Source of the DNA: an uncultured cyanobacterium
Lineage (GTDB): Bacteria; Cyanobacteriota; Cyanobacteriia; PCC-6307; Cyanobiaceae
DNA length: 64,000 nucleotides
Assembly: GCA_963765575.1 (NCBI GenBank)
Contig: CAVXWZ010000011.1
Span: 608,001 to 672,000 of the forward strand
Reading direction: 5' to 3'
A program made the translations under genes and the position numbers. Shown here piece by piece: positions 43,367 to 53,954 of the stretch (positions within the stretch are counted from its first letter, which is position 1; each line of letters starts with the position of its first letter). The notes under the pieces were generated by a model. It was not told the DNA's origin. It searched no databases and saw nothing but the letters and a program-made list of their open reading frames with translations.

Positions 43367-44241
43367 GGGGCGAGGGCCGGCTCGGTCAGCCAGGAGGCGG
43401 CGACGGTTTCGGGTTGATCGATGTGGGGCAGGTGACCGCAGCCCTCCAGCTCCCGCACCCGCTGGCCCAGCAGGGCCAGGGCGGCCCGCTTCTGGGGCGG
43501 CCGCAGGATGCGGTCCTGGGCCCCCCACAGCACCGCCAGGGGCTGGGGGGGCAGGGGGGCGCCGCAGCCTGCGAAACCACCGCTGCGGGCGAAGGCGGCC
43601 AGGGCTTCGGCCCAGAGCGGCGCCTGCAGGTGCAGGGAGGCGATCTCCAATTCCGCCGCTCCCACGCTGTGGTCGGGATCGGCGAAGGCGCTGCGGCAGA
43701 GCCCCCGTCGCACGGCGGGCAGGGCCAGAAAGCGAACCCCCAGGCCATCCAGCAGCGGCGGCAGGGGCATGGGCCGGCCGGTGAGGCCCGCCGGCGCCAG
43801 CAGCAGCAGGCGCCGGATTTGCTGGGGCAGGCGCCGGGCCAGCTCCACCGCCACCGATCCGCCCATGGAGGCGCCGATGACGCCGATGCCGGCCTGCGTC
43901 CCTGCGCCGAGTCCCTTGCTGGGGGCGTCGATGGCGGCCAGCAGCCTCACCAGCTGATCGAGCACCGGCCCCGGTCCGAAGGGGCCGCCGCTGGGGCGCG
44001 GGCTGAAGCCGAAGCCGTGCAGATCGGGAATGAACAGGCGGTGGTGTCCCGCCAGCAGCGGCGCCAGGCGGCGAAATTCCAGGAAGGAGCTGTCGAAGCC
44101 ATGCAGCAGCAGCAGCGGTGGCCCCTCGCCCAGCACGGCCACGGGCCACTCCCCGTCCAGCCCGGCCAGATCCCACCACTGCACGCTGGCGGCCAGGCTG
44201 CGGCCCTGGGGGTCGAGCAGGCCAGCGGCCGCCTCGCTCAC
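43363..44241 (-). CDS. Alpha/beta fold hydrolase
   Basis: LLHGFDSSFLEFRR, PDLHGFG, GASMGG nucleophile elbow, CGHLPH. Confidence 0.9.
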   Translation of the reverse strand: MSEAAAGLLDPQGRSLAASVQWWDLAGLDGEWPVAVLGEGPPLLLLHGFDSSFLEFRRLAPLLAGHHRLFIPDLHGFGFSPRPSGGPFGPGPVLDQLVRLLAAIDAPSKGLGAGTQAGIGVIGASMGGSVAVELARRLPQQIRRLLLLAPAGLTGRPMPLPPLLDGLGVRFLALPAVRRGLCRSAFADPDHSVGAAELEIASLHLQAPLWAEALAAFARSGGFAGCGAPLPPQPLAVLWGAQDRILRPPQKRAALALLGQRVRELEGCGHLPHIDQPETVAASWLTEPALAP

Positions 44242-44276
44242 CAGCGCCCTGCAGCGGTCTTGTTGGGGGCGAGGGA

Positions 44277-45425
44277 TCACGCCGGCTGCCGCTCGGCGGC
44301 CCGGGCGCTGGCGGTGCTCACCAGCGCCGCCAGCAGGTCGGCTTCGCCCACCGCAAAGGGCAGGTGGTGCAGATCGGAGCCCGGGGCGCAGGCACAGGCG
44401 CACACGGCCTGCAGGTCGCTGAGGCTGGCCTGAGCCAGCCCCAGCTCCGCCAGGGTGCAGGGAATGCCCAGGCTCTGGAACAGCGGCAGCAGCTGGCGGC
44501 GGGCCTGGGCCGCCAGCTGCTGAGCGCCCACCAGTTCCTCCAGCCGCAACTGCACCAGCACACCGAAGCCCACCTTTTCGCCGTGCAGGCTGCCGTGGCA
44601 GGCCGCCAGTTGGGTGAGGCCGTTGTGCACCGCATGGGCGGCCACGGTGCGGCAGCGGGAGCCACCCAGGCCACCGATCAGGCCGGCGGTGAGAGCGCAG
44701 GCTTCGGCCACCCTCACCCAGGCCGCGCTGGGGGGACTGGTGGGCTGGGTGGCGCCGGCCGTCATCCCATCGGCCATGGCGGCCTCGGCCTCCAGCAGCA
44801 GCTGGTCGCGCAGCACCCGGGCCATCTGCACCGCCTGCTGAATCAGGCCGTCGTGGCTGCCGCCGCTGCTCACCGATGCCTCGTACCACTTGGCCATGGC
44901 GTCGGCGATGCCACTGGCCAGGGTGCGTGGTGGCGCCTGACGCACCAGACGGTGGTCGAACACCAGCAGATCCGGGCAGCGCTCCAGCGCCACATCCCCC
45001 AGAAAGGCGCCCTGGGGTGAGTAGAGGTTGGAGAGGGCGGTCCAGCCGGCGCAGGTGGCGGCGCTGGTGGGCACGGTGACGCAGGCCAGCCCCAGGCGCT
45101 GGGCCAGGAGCTTGCCGGCATCGAGCACCTTGCCGCCGCCGGCGGCCAGCACCAGATCCACTCCGGCGCTGCGGGCTTCGGTTTCCAGCCGCTGCAGATC
45201 CTCGGGGCAGCAGTCGTGGGCCAGGGCGGCCTGGGTGACCTGCAGGCCGCTGGCGTTCAGCTCCGTGGCCAACTGCTGGCGCAGGGCCGCGGTGGCCGAG
45301 CTGCGGCCGAGCAGCAAGCCATGGCTGCCGAGACCCCCCACCAGGGGCAGCGCCTCCTGCCAGGCGCCCGGCCCGCGCAGCACCCGGGCTGGGGCGATGG
45401 CGTGGGCACTGGTGAGGGGCGTCAT
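44277..45425 (-). CDS. Iron-containing alcohol dehydrogenase family (glycerol dehydrogenase-like)
   Basis: GGGKVLD, PTSAATCA, GIADAMAKWYE, AHAVHNGLT, HGEKV. Confidence 0.88.
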   Translation of the reverse strand: MTPLTSAHAIAPARVLRGPGAWQEALPLVGGLGSHGLLLGRSSATAALRQQLATELNASGLQVTQAALAHDCCPEDLQRLETEARSAGVDLVLAAGGGKVLDAGKLLAQRLGLACVTVPTSAATCAGWTALSNLYSPQGAFLGDVALERCPDLLVFDHRLVRQAPPRTLASGIADAMAKWYEASVSSGGSHDGLIQQAVQMARVLRDQLLLEAEAAMADGMTAGATQPTSPPSAAWVRVAEACALTAGLIGGLGGSRCRTVAAHAVHNGLTQLAACHGSLHGEKVGFGVLVQLRLEELVGAQQLAAQARRQLLPLFQSLGIPCTLAELGLAQASLSDLQAVCACACAPGSDLHHLPFAVGEADLLAALVSTASARAAERQPA

Positions 45426-45447
45426 CGGGCGATCGTATGCAGCGGGA

Positions 45448-45477
45448 TCAGGACCATGGAGGGGTCAGGACCATGGA
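45448..45477. repeat. Direct repeat TCAGGACCATGGA x2 (17-bp period)
   Basis: Exact 13-mer at 45448-45460 and 45465-45477, upstream of the dehydrogenase gene. Confidence 0.75.
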
Positions 45478-45480
45478 CGT

Positions 45481-45509
45481 GCCCCCCGCCGGCTTCGCTG
45501 GTGGGGGGC
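45481..45509 (-). terminator. GC-rich hairpin downstream of clpC
   Basis: GCCCCCCGCCGGC-TTC-GCTGGTGGGGGGC imperfect stem; no clear U-tract. Confidence 0.4.
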
Positions 45510-45557
45510 TGTGATTGGCGATGGGCGGCACTGACTGGCGGCGGCGGCTGAAGGGCC

Positions 45558-48143
45558 TCAGGCGCCGGCGCCGGCCAGTTCGGGCACGGCTGGCTCGGCG
45601 GTGTCCTGCTTACGGATCACCACCTGCTTGGCCTCGTTCACGTCCACCAGGGCATGGTCGCCCTCGCTGATGCGGGAGCTGAGGAACTCCTCGGCCAGGG
45701 AGTCTTCCAGCAGGCGCATCACGGCCCGGCGCAGGGGGCGGGCGCCGTAGGAGGGGTTGTAGCCCTCCTCCACAAGCCGTTCCTTGAAGGCATCGGTGAC
45801 GGCCAGGTGAATCCCCTTCTCCTCCATGCGGTTGAACACTTCCTTGAGCATGATCTCGGCGATCACCTTGACCTCGTCGCGGGTGAGCTGACGGAAGACG
45901 ATGATCTCGTCCAGCCGGTTGAGGAATTCGGGGCGGAAGTACTGCTTGAGCTCCTCGTTGACCAGCGCGCGAATGCGGTTGTACTGGCTGTCTTCCGCAG
46001 CCTCTCCGGAAAACTCGAAGCCCAGGCCACCGCCACCCTTCTCGATCACCTTCGAACCGATGTTCGAGGTCATGATGATCAGGGTGTTCTTGAAGTCAAC
46101 CGTGCGGCCCTTGGAGTCGGTGAGGCGACCGTCCTCGAGCAGCTGGAGCAGCAGGTTGAAGACGTCGGGGTGGGCTTTCTCGATCTCGTCGAACAGCACC
46201 ACGGTGTAGGGCCTGCGGCGCACGGCCTCGGTGAGCTGACCGCCCTCGTTGAAGCCCACATAACCCGGAGGCGACCCGATCAGCTTGCTGACGGTGTGGC
46301 GCTCCATGAACTCCGACATGTCGAGACGGATCATCGACTCTTCGCTGCCGAAGAAGTAGGTGGCCAGGGCCTTGGTGAGCTCGGTCTTGCCCACGCCGGT
46401 GGGGCCGGAGAAGATGAAGCTGGCGATTGGCCGGTTGGGGTTCTTGAGGCCGACGCGGGCGCGGCGGATGGCCCGGGAGACGGCCTTGACGGCTTCGTCC
46501 TGGCCGATCAGGCGCTGGTGGAGGGTCTCCTCCATGTTCAGCAGCTTGGCCGACTCACTTTCGGTGAGTTTCTGCACCGGCACGCCGGTCCAGGAGGCCA
46601 CGATGTGGGCGATGTCCTCTTCGGTGACGGTGGGTCCGCGATCGAGATCCTCCAGGGCATGGGCCTCGCTGACGGCGGGGCTGGTGATGGCACTGCCGGC
46701 CACGGCGGTGTCGGTGGCCTCGGTGCTGGAGCCCTCAGCTGCCGGGGCGGATTCGGTCTTGCGGGCCTGGAGGATGGTGCGGATCTGATCCCGCAGTTCC
46801 ACCTCCTTGTCGCGCAGCTCGCCGGCCTTGGTGAAGTCCTGCTCGCGCACGGCCTCCTCCTTCTCCTTCTGCACGGCGCGCAGCTGCTTGTCGATCTCCT
46901 TGGCCGCCGGCGGCAGCTTGGAGTTCATCAGGCGCACGCGGCTGCCGGCCTCATCGACCAGGTCGATGGCCTTGTCGGGCAGGAAGCGATCGGAGATGTA
47001 GCGATCCCCGAGGGTGGCAGCCGCAATCAGGGCATCGTCTTCGATCGTGAGCCGGTGGTGCTCCTCGTAGCGGTCCTTGAGACCGCGCAGGATCTCGATG
47101 GTGTCCACCACGGACGGCTCGCCCACCATCACCGGCTGGAAGCGCCGTTCCAGGGCGGCATCGCGTTCGATGTGCTTGCGGTATTCGTCGAGGGTGGTGG
47201 CGCCGATGCACTGCAACTCGCCGCGGGCCAAGGCCGGCTTGAGGATGTTGGCGGCATCGATGGCGCCTTCGGCGGCGCCGGCGCCGATGAGGGTGTGCAC
47301 CTCGTCGATGACGAGGATCACATTGCCCGCACCGCGGATCTCCTCCATGATTTTCTTGAGGCGCTCCTCGAACTCGCCCCGGTACTTGGTGCCGGCCACC
47401 AACAGGCCGATGTCGAGGGTGAGAACGCGCTTCTCCTCCAGGATGTCGGGAATGTCGCCCGACTGAATGCGCTGGGCCAGGCCCTCGGCGATGGCGGTCT
47501 TGCCGACGCCGGGCTCGCCGATCAGCACGGGGTTGTTCTTGGTGCGGCGGCCGAGGATCTGGATCACCCGCTCGATCTCGTTCTGGCGGCCCACCACCGG
47601 GTCGAGCTTGCCGTCGGAGGCCTGCTGGGTGAGGTTGCTGCCGAATTCGTCGAGGGTGGGGGTCTTGGTGGAGCCCTTGCCGCCGCCGCTGCCGGCGGCC
47701 ACCTCGGCGGTCTCGCCGAGCATGCGGATCACCTGGGTGCGCACCTTGGCGAGATCCACGCCGAGGTTTTCGAGCACGCGGGCGGCGACCCCCTCACCCT
47801 CGCGGATCAGGCCCAGCAGCAGGTGCTCGGTGCCGATGTAGTTGTGACCAAGCTGGCGAGCTTCCTCCAGGGACAGCTCCAGCACCCGCTTGGCGCGGGG
47901 GGTGAAGGGAATCTCCACGGCCACGAAGCCGGAGCCTCGGCCGATGATCTTCTCCACCTCAACGCGGGCGTCCTTGAGGTTGACCCCCATGGACTTGAGC
48001 ACCTTGGCGGCGACGCCGGTGCCCTCGCCGATCAGCCCCAGCAGGATTTGCTCGGTGCCCACAAAATTGTGGCCCAGCCTTCGCGCCTCCTCTTGGGCCA
48101 GCATGATCACTTTGATGGCCTTCTCGGTGAACCGCTCGAACAT
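45558..48143 (-). CDS. clpC: ATP-dependent Clp protease ATP-binding subunit
   Basis: [12 protein letters not shown], two Clp-N repeats, [11 protein letters not shown] domain, GPTGVGKT. Confidence 0.98.
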   Translation of the reverse strand: MFERFTEKAIKVIMLAQEEARRLGHNFVGTEQILLGLIGEGTGVAAKVLKSMGVNLKDARVEVEKIIGRGSGFVAVEIPFTPRAKRVLELSLEEARQLGHNYIGTEHLLLGLIREGEGVAARVLENLGVDLAKVRTQVIRMLGETAEVAAGSGGGKGSTKTPTLDEFGSNLTQQASDGKLDPVVGRQNEIERVIQILGRRTKNNPVLIGEPGVGKTAIAEGLAQRIQSGDIPDILEEKRVLTLDIGLLVAGTKYRGEFEERLKKIMEEIRGAGNVILVIDEVHTLIGAGAAEGAIDAANILKPALARGELQCIGATTLDEYRKHIERDAALERRFQPVMVGEPSVVDTIEILRGLKDRYEEHHRLTIEDDALIAAATLGDRYISDRFLPDKAIDLVDEAGSRVRLMNSKLPPAAKEIDKQLRAVQKEKEEAVREQDFTKAGELRDKEVELRDQIRTILQARKTESAPAAEGSSTEATDTAVAGSAITSPAVSEAHALEDLDRGPTVTEEDIAHIVASWTGVPVQKLTESESAKLLNMEETLHQRLIGQDEAVKAVSRAIRRARVGLKNPNRPIASFIFSGPTGVGKTELTKALATYFFGSEESMIRLDMSEFMERHTVSKLIGSPPGYVGFNEGGQLTEAVRRRPYTVVLFDEIEKAHPDVFNLLLQLLEDGRLTDSKGRTVDFKNTLIIMTSNIGSKVIEKGGGGLGFEFSGEAAEDSQYNRIRALVNEELKQYFRPEFLNRLDEIIVFRQLTRDEVKVIAEIMLKEVFNRMEEKGIHLAVTDAFKERLVEEGYNPSYGARPLRRAVMRLLEDSLAEEFLSSRISEGDHALVDVNEAKQVVIRKQDTAEPAVPELAGAGA

Positions 48144-48289
48144 GGGGCGGGACCTGTTGCAAGTTGATCCAACCTATCAGGGTTGACAGGGGCTGTGTGG
48201 CTGCCAGGACCAGGAGGCCAGATCCCCTGTGCCGGCGCTGGAGGCAGGGGAGTTCATGACAATCGAGGCGGTCTAAGTAGCGGAAAGCG

Positions 48290-48295
48290 ATTATA
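48290..48295 (-). promoter_or_regulatory. Consensus -10 hexamer TATAAT, candidate clpC promoter
   Basis: Perfect TATAAT on the minus strand in an AT-rich patch about 150 bp upstream of the clpC ATG. Confidence 0.5.
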
Positions 48296-48366
48296 AGAAA
48301 AGCCGGATAACCGTACCGTTTCTGAGCGGCCATTCCCAGCACCCCTCTCAAGGCGCCGTCGCCGGC

Positions 48367-48816
48367 TCAGCCCAGCTGCATCCAGAGGATCAGGGCGTCG
48401 TCGCCATTGCGGTAGTAGCCGGGGCGGCGGCCGGCCTGCCGGAAGCCCAGGCTTTGGTAGAGGGCCAGGGCCGCCGCGTTGCCGCAGGCCACCTCCAGCG
48501 TCGCCCGCTCGGCGCCCTGGCCGCCGGCGATCTCCAGCAGGCCCCCCAGCACCTGCCGGCCGAGGCCGCGGCGGCGTTGCCCGGGATCCACGGCCACCAG
48601 GGTGATGTGCAGTTCGTCGAGGATCAGCCAACCGCAGGCCATGGCCTGCAGCTGGCCATCCCGCCCCACTCCCAGCCCCGGCCGCCGCGGATCGGCCAGC
48701 TCGGTGCCCCATTGCTGGCGGCTCCAGAGCCCCCCCAGGCTGAGGCCATCGAGGGCCAGGCAGGCCTCCAGGTGGGCGGGGCCCAGGATCACGGGTTCAC
48801 AGGACAGCCGGTTCAT
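48367..48816 (-). CDS. rimI: Ribosomal protein S18 N-acetyltransferase (GNAT)
   Basis: LDELHITLVAVDP..RRRGLG, ATLEV..GN.AA..LY, RPGYY..GDDA. Confidence 0.85.
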   Translation of the reverse strand: MNRLSCEPVILGPAHLEACLALDGLSLGGLWSRQQWGTELADPRRPGLGVGRDGQLQAMACGWLILDELHITLVAVDPGQRRRGLGRQVLGGLLEIAGGQGAERATLEVACGNAAALALYQSLGFRQAGRRPGYYRNGDDALILWMQLG

Positions 48817-48881
48817 CAGGCACGGCAACAGCCGCCAGGCATTCCGTACATTCGACGTTTGGCAACCCACCGCGTCCGGCC

Positions 48882-50294
48882 ATGGTGATCTCCACTCAAG
48901 CCACCGGCCTGGATCGCGCCGGTGAGGGCTGCAGCGGTCAGCCCTACGAGGTTGGCTGTGACCGGGCCAGCCCCAACCGCAACCTGGCGCCGCTCAGCAC
49001 CAGCCTGGATGCCGAAGGCCGGATGATGCTGGGCGGCTGCCGGCTGAGCGAGTTGGCCCGCACCTATGGCACACCGTTGTATGTGCTCGATGAGGCCACC
49101 CTGCGGGCCAGCTGCCGGGCCTACAGGCAGGCGTTGGAGACCCACTACCCCGGCCCCTCGCTGGCCCTCTACGCCTCCAAGGCCAACAGCTCGGTGGCGC
49201 TGACGGCCCTGATCGCGTCCGAAGGACTGGGACTCGATGCGGTGTCGGCCGGGGAGCTGCTCACCGCCCTGCGCGGCGGCATGCCGCCGGAGCGCATCGT
49301 GCTGCACGGCAACAACAAGAGCCGCGAGGAGCTGGCCCTGGCTGCCCGGCGCGGGGTGACCGTGGTGCTGGACAACTGGCGTGACATCGAGCTGCTCACG
49401 GAGCTGGCCCCCGGCCTCGATGAGCCGGTGGGGCTGATGCTGCGCTTCACCCCGGGGATCGAGTGCCACACCCATGAGTACATCCGCACCGGCCACCTGG
49501 ACAGCAAATTCGGCTTCGATCCAGACCAGCTGGAGACGGTGCTGAAGCATCTGGCGGCCTGCCCCTGGGCGCGGCTCACCGGGCTGCACGCCCACATCGG
49601 CTCGCAGATCTTTGAGCTCCAGCCCCACTGCGACCTGGCCGGGGTGATGGCCGAGGCCCTCGCCCTGGCCCGCGCCTGCGGCCATCCGGTGAGCGACCTC
49701 AACGTGGGGGGCGGCCTGGGCATCCGCTACGTGGCCAGCGACGATCCCCCCAGCATTGAGGAGTGGGTGGCCGCGGTGGCCACGGCCGTTGTGCAGGCCT
49801 GCCACCAGCGCCACCTCGACCTGCCTCGGCTGCTGTGCGAACCCGGTCGTTCCCTGGTGGCGACCGCCGGCCTCACGCTCTATGTGATCGGCAGCCGCAA
49901 GGAGATTCCCGGCATCCGCACCTACCTTGCGGTGGATGGGGGCATGAGCGACAACCCCCGACCGATCACCTACGAGTCGCCGTACACCGCCGTGCTGGTG
50001 GACCGGCCCGGGGCCGAGGCCAGCGACACCGTGACCCTGGCCGGCAAACACTGCGAGTCGGGGGACGTGCTGCTCAAGGACCTGGCCCTGCCCCCCGCCA
50101 CCAGTGGCGATGTGATTGCGGTGCTGGCCACCGGCGCCTACAACGCCTCGATGGCCTCCAACTACAACCGCATCCCGCGGCCGGCGGCGGTGCTGGTGCA
50201 CGACGGCATGGCTGACCTGGTGCAACGGCGTGAACAGCCGGAAGACCTACTGCGCTACGACGTGCTGCCAGCCCGCCTGAGGCCGGTAACGTAA
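48882..50294 (+). CDS. lysA: Diaminopimelate decarboxylase
   Basis: YGTPLY, YASKA, HGNNKS, SKFG, HIGSQ, EPGRS, HCESGD. Confidence 0.96.
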   Translation: MVISTQATGLDRAGEGCSGQPYEVGCDRASPNRNLAPLSTSLDAEGRMMLGGCRLSELARTYGTPLYVLDEATLRASCRAYRQALETHYPGPSLALYASKANSSVALTALIASEGLGLDAVSAGELLTALRGGMPPERIVLHGNNKSREELALAARRGVTVVLDNWRDIELLTELAPGLDEPVGLMLRFTPGIECHTHEYIRTGHLDSKFGFDPDQLETVLKHLAACPWARLTGLHAHIGSQIFELQPHCDLAGVMAEALALARACGHPVSDLNVGGGLGIRYVASDDPPSIEEWVAAVATAVVQACHQRHLDLPRLLCEPGRSLVATAGLTLYVIGSRKEIPGIRTYLAVDGGMSDNPRPITYESPYTAVLVDRPGAEASDTVTLAGKHCESGDVLLKDLALPPATSGDVIAVLATGAYNASMASNYNRIPRPAAVLVHDGMADLVQRREQPEDLLRYDVLPARLRPVT

Positions 50295-50315
50295 GCCACA
50301 GGTTTCGGTGACGGT

Positions 50316-51158
50316 GTGGGCGGGCCCTGGCTCGGGAGTTGGCTCCGCATCGCCGATCCACGTCTGTTTCTCGGGCCCTTTCTCGACCTGCTTCTGGCCG
50401 TTGGCCTCGGCGTGCTCGTGCTGGGGCGGGTGCGCGACTCCCGCACCCTGTGGCTGCTGCGCGGTTACCTGCTGCTGGTGGCCCTGGCCTGGGCGGTGCA
50501 GCGCTTCGCCAACCTGCCCCTCACCGCCAAGCTGGTGGATGCGCTGGTGCTGGCCTGCAGCCTCTCCCTGGCGATTCTCTGGCAGGGGGAGCTGCGCCGG
50601 TTCATGGAACTGCTCGGCACCGGCCGGCTGGACCTGCTGCTCGGCACGCGCAATGGCGATGCCCTCAAGTCGGGGGCGGTGGGGGTGATCAGCGAGGCCG
50701 CCGGCCGCCTGTCCCAGGCGCGGCGCGGGGCCCTGATCGTGGTGGACCACGGCAGTGATCTGAGTCCGGAGGATTTCCTCAATCCCGGCATCCCCCTGGA
50801 TGCCCAGCTGTCGGTGGATCTGCTGCTCAACCTGTTCGCCACCGACACGCCGCTCCATGACGGCGCCGTGGTGGTGAAGGGCAACCGCATCCAGGCGGCC
50901 GGCGTGATCCTGCCCCTCTCCCGCCAGGGGATCAACCGCTACGGCACCCGCCACCTGGCGGCCCTCGGTCTCACGGAGCGCTTCAACCGCTGCCTGGCGA
51001 TCGTGGTGTCGGAGGAAACCGGCACCCTGTCGCTGGCCTGCCGGGGCCGGCTGGAGCGGCCGATCACCAGCAGCCGGCTGCACGACCTGCTCAGTGACGC
51101 CCTCGCCAAGCCTGGTGGACGTAGCGTGGCCAAGGACACGCCGGATTCCCGCGGATGA
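50316..51158 (+). CDS. cdaA: Diadenylate cyclase
   Basis: Three TMs, [19 protein letters not shown]. Confidence 0.93.
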   Translation: MGGPWLGSWLRIADPRLFLGPFLDLLLAVGLGVLVLGRVRDSRTLWLLRGYLLLVALAWAVQRFANLPLTAKLVDALVLACSLSLAILWQGELRRFMELLGTGRLDLLLGTRNGDALKSGAVGVISEAAGRLSQARRGALIVVDHGSDLSPEDFLNPGIPLDAQLSVDLLLNLFATDTPLHDGAVVVKGNRIQAAGVILPLSRQGINRYGTRHLAALGLTERFNRCLAIVVSEETGTLSLACRGRLERPITSSRLHDLLSDALAKPGGRSVAKDTPDSRG

Positions 51159-51943
51159 GTCGCGCCCTGGCGACCGACAGCCATTCCATCCACAGCGCCG
51201 CCCGGCAGGGATCGCCGGCCGGGCTTGATCGCTCCCGGCTGCCGGTCCATGTGGCCGTGATCATGGATGGCAACGGCCGCTGGGCCCGGGGCCGCGGCCT
51301 GCCGCGGGTGATGGGCCACCGGGCCGGGGTGGAGGCGCTCAAACGCACCCTGCGCCTCTGCAATGACTGGGGCATCGGCGCCCTCACCGCCTACGCCTTC
51401 TCCACGGAGAACTGGAACCGGCCGGGGGAGGAGGTGAACTTCCTGATGGCCCTGTTCGAGCGGGTGCTGGAGCGGGAGCTGGAGGCGCTGGATCGCGAAC
51501 GGGTGCGGATCCGTTTCCTCGGCGACCTCACCCCCCTGCCGGCTGGCCTGCAGCGGCTGATCGCCGAGGCCACCAGCCGCACCGCCGCCAACGACGGCAT
51601 CCATTTCAACGTCTGCACCAACTACGGCGGCCGCGCCGAACTGGTGGGGGCGGCCCGTCGCCTGGCCGAGCGGGTGGCCCGGGGCGAGCTGGACCCCACG
51701 GCCATCGACGAGGCCAGCTTCGCCGCCGAGCTGCACACCGCCGGAGAGCGCGATCCCGACCTGCTGATCCGCACCAGCGGCGAGCAGCGCATCAGCAACT
51801 TCCTGCTCTGGCAGCTGGCCTATGCGGAGCTGCACATCACCGAGGTGCTCTGGCCCGATTTCAACGAGGCGGCGCTGCTTGCCGCCCTGCTCGACTACCA
51901 GAGCCGTCACCGCCGCTTCGGCGGCGTGGATCCCGGCCACTGA
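51155..51943 (+). CDS. uppS: Isoprenyl transferase (undecaprenyl diphosphate synthase)
   Basis: [35 protein letters not shown]. Confidence 0.96.
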   Translation: MSRALATDSHSIHSAARQGSPAGLDRSRLPVHVAVIMDGNGRWARGRGLPRVMGHRAGVEALKRTLRLCNDWGIGALTAYAFSTENWNRPGEEVNFLMALFERVLERELEALDRERVRIRFLGDLTPLPAGLQRLIAEATSRTAANDGIHFNVCTNYGGRAELVGAARRLAERVARGELDPTAIDEASFAAELHTAGERDPDLLIRTSGEQRISNFLLWQLAYAELHITEVLWPDFNEAALLAALLDYQSRHRRFGGVDPGH

Positions 51944-51966
51944 TTTCCCTCGCCCCCCAGAGCCCC

Positions 51967-52989
51967 TTGCCTGTGCCCGTGACCGCCACCGCGCCCGTTG
52001 CCGCCACCCCTGGCCTGGTGATCCGCCACGACTGGAGCCGCCCTGAGATCCAGGCCCTGCTGGAGGCGCCGCTGATGGATCTGCTCTGGCAGGCCCAGCA
52101 GGTGCATCGCGCCGCCAATCCGGGCTATCAGGTGCAGCTCGCCTCGCTGCTGAGCGTCAAGACCGGCGGCTGCGAGGAGGACTGCGCCTACTGTCCCCAG
52201 TCGCTGCACCACAGCGCCGATGTGGCCGGACGGCCGGAGCTGGAGGTGGAGCCGGTGCTGGCGCGGGCCCGGGCGGCCAAGGCCGCCGGTGCCCACCGCT
52301 TCTGCATGGGCTGGGCCTGGCGCGAAATCCGTGACGGCGCCCCCTTCGAGGCGATGCTGCAGATGGTGCGCGGCGTGCGCGCGCTGGGCCTGGAGGCCTG
52401 CGTGACCGCCGGCATGCTCAGCGACGCCCAGGCCGCCCGTCTGGCCGAGGTGGGCCTCACCGCCTACAACCACAACCTCGACACCAGCCCCGAGCACTAC
52501 GAGCGCATCATCAGCACCCGCACCTACCAGGAGCGGCTCGAAACCCTGGAGCGGGTGCGGCGCGCCGGGGTGACCCTCTGCTGCGGCGGCATCATCGGCA
52601 TGGGCGAGGCGCTCAGCGACCGGGCCGGGCTGCTCGAGGTGCTGGCCAACCTCGATCCCCACCCCGAGAGCGTGCCGATCAACGCCCTGGTGGCGGTGGA
52701 GGGCACGCCGCTGCAGGAGCAGCCGCCGCTGGATCCGCTGGAGCTGGTGCGGATGGTGGCCACGGCCCGCATCCTGATGCCCAGCAGCCGCGTGCGGCTC
52801 AGTGCCGGCCGCGAACAGCTCAGCCGCGAGGCCCAGATCCTCTGCCTGCTGGCCGGCGCCGATTCGATCTTCTACGGCGACACCCTGCTCACCACAGGCA
52901 ACCCCGATGTGGCGGCGGATCAGGCCCTGCTGGCCGCCGCTGGCGTACGGGCCTGGCAGCAGCCAAGCGAGCCCGCCCGCTGCAGCTGA
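51967..52989 (+). CDS. bioB: Biotin synthase
   Basis: [43 protein letters not shown]. Confidence 0.96.
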   Translation: MPVPVTATAPVAATPGLVIRHDWSRPEIQALLEAPLMDLLWQAQQVHRAANPGYQVQLASLLSVKTGGCEEDCAYCPQSLHHSADVAGRPELEVEPVLARARAAKAAGAHRFCMGWAWREIRDGAPFEAMLQMVRGVRALGLEACVTAGMLSDAQAARLAEVGLTAYNHNLDTSPEHYERIISTRTYQERLETLERVRRAGVTLCCGGIIGMGEALSDRAGLLEVLANLDPHPESVPINALVAVEGTPLQEQPPLDPLELVRMVATARILMPSSRVRLSAGREQLSREAQILCLLAGADSIFYGDTLLTTGNPDVAADQALLAAAGVRAWQQPSEPARCS

Positions 52990-53954
52990 TGGGCAAGGGC
53001 GTCACGGTGGCCGCCTTCTACCGCTTCGCGGCATTGGAGCCGGCCGAGCTGCCGGCCCTGCGCCAGGGGCTGCTCACCTGCGGCGCGGCCGGCGACGTGA
53101 AAGGCACGGTGCTGCTGGCCCCCGAGGGGGTGAACGGCACCGTGAGCGGGCCGGCGGCCGGGGTGGAGGCCTTGCTCCAGGCCCTGCGGGCGGATCCACG
53201 GCTCCAGGCCCTGGAGGTGAAGGAGGCCGCCGCCCCGCAGCAGGCCTTCCACCGCTTCAAGGTGCGGCTCAAACGCGAGATTGTCTCGATGGGCGATCCG
53301 GGGCTGCAGCCCTACCTCGCGGCCCCGGTGGGCACCCATGTGGATGCGGCCGGCTGGGATGCCCTGATCGCCGACCCCGGCACGTTGGTGGTGGACACCC
53401 GCAACGCCTACGAGGTGGCCCTGGGCAGCTTCGAAGGCGCCATCGATCCGGGCACCGCCAGCTTCCGGGAGTTCCCCGCCTGGGTGGAGCGGGAGCTGAG
53501 GCCCCTGGTGCAGGAGCGCCGGCCCCGGGCGATCGCCCTGTTCTGCACCGGCGGCATCCGCTGTGAGAAGGCCACGGCCCACCTGCTGCGCCAGGGTTTT
53601 GACGGGGTGCACCACCTGCGGGGCGGCATCCTGCGCTATCTGGAGGAGCGGCCCCAGCTCGGCAGCTCGTGGCGGGGCGAGTGCTTCGTGTTCGATCAGC
53701 GGGTGGCGGTGAACCACCGGCTCGAGCCCGGTGAGGCCAGCCTCTGCCATGGCTGCCGCAGGCCGCTCACGGCCGCCGATCGCCAGCTGGCCTCCTATGT
53801 GGAGGGGGTGAGCTGCCGCCATTGCGCCGACCAGCGCGGTCCGGCCGACCGGGCCCGCTTCGCTGAACGCCAGAAGCAGATCGGCCTGGCCCGGCAGCGG
53901 GGGGAGCCCCACCTTGGACGGGCCTTCGCACCGCCGCCTCCAGGCGTTGACTGA
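52989..53954 (+). CDS. trhO: Rhodanese-domain tRNA uridine(34) hydroxylase family (TrhO/UPF0176)
   Basis: GTVLLAPEGVNGT, DTRNAYE, FCTGGIRCEKA, GECFVFD.RV. Confidence 0.88.
   Translation: MGKGVTVAAFYRFAALEPAELPALRQGLLTCGAAGDVKGTVLLAPEGVNGTVSGPAAGVEALLQALRADPRLQALEVKEAAAPQQAFHRFKVRLKREIVSMGDPGLQPYLAAPVGTHVDAAGWDALIADPGTLVVDTRNAYEVALGSFEGAIDPGTASFREFPAWVERELRPLVQERRPRAIALFCTGGIRCEKATAHLLRQGFDGVHHLRGGILRYLEERPQLGSSWRGECFVFDQRVAVNHRLEPGEASLCHGCRRPLTAADRQLASYVEGVSCRHCADQRGPADRARFAERQKQIGLARQRGEPHLGRAFAPPPPGVD

Noticed and set aside
45654..48167. 837-aa plus-strand ORF, and similar long antisense ORFs over the GH57 gene, leuA, the HD gene, pepN and malQ
   Set aside because: Mirror frames of well-supported genes with no recognisable motifs
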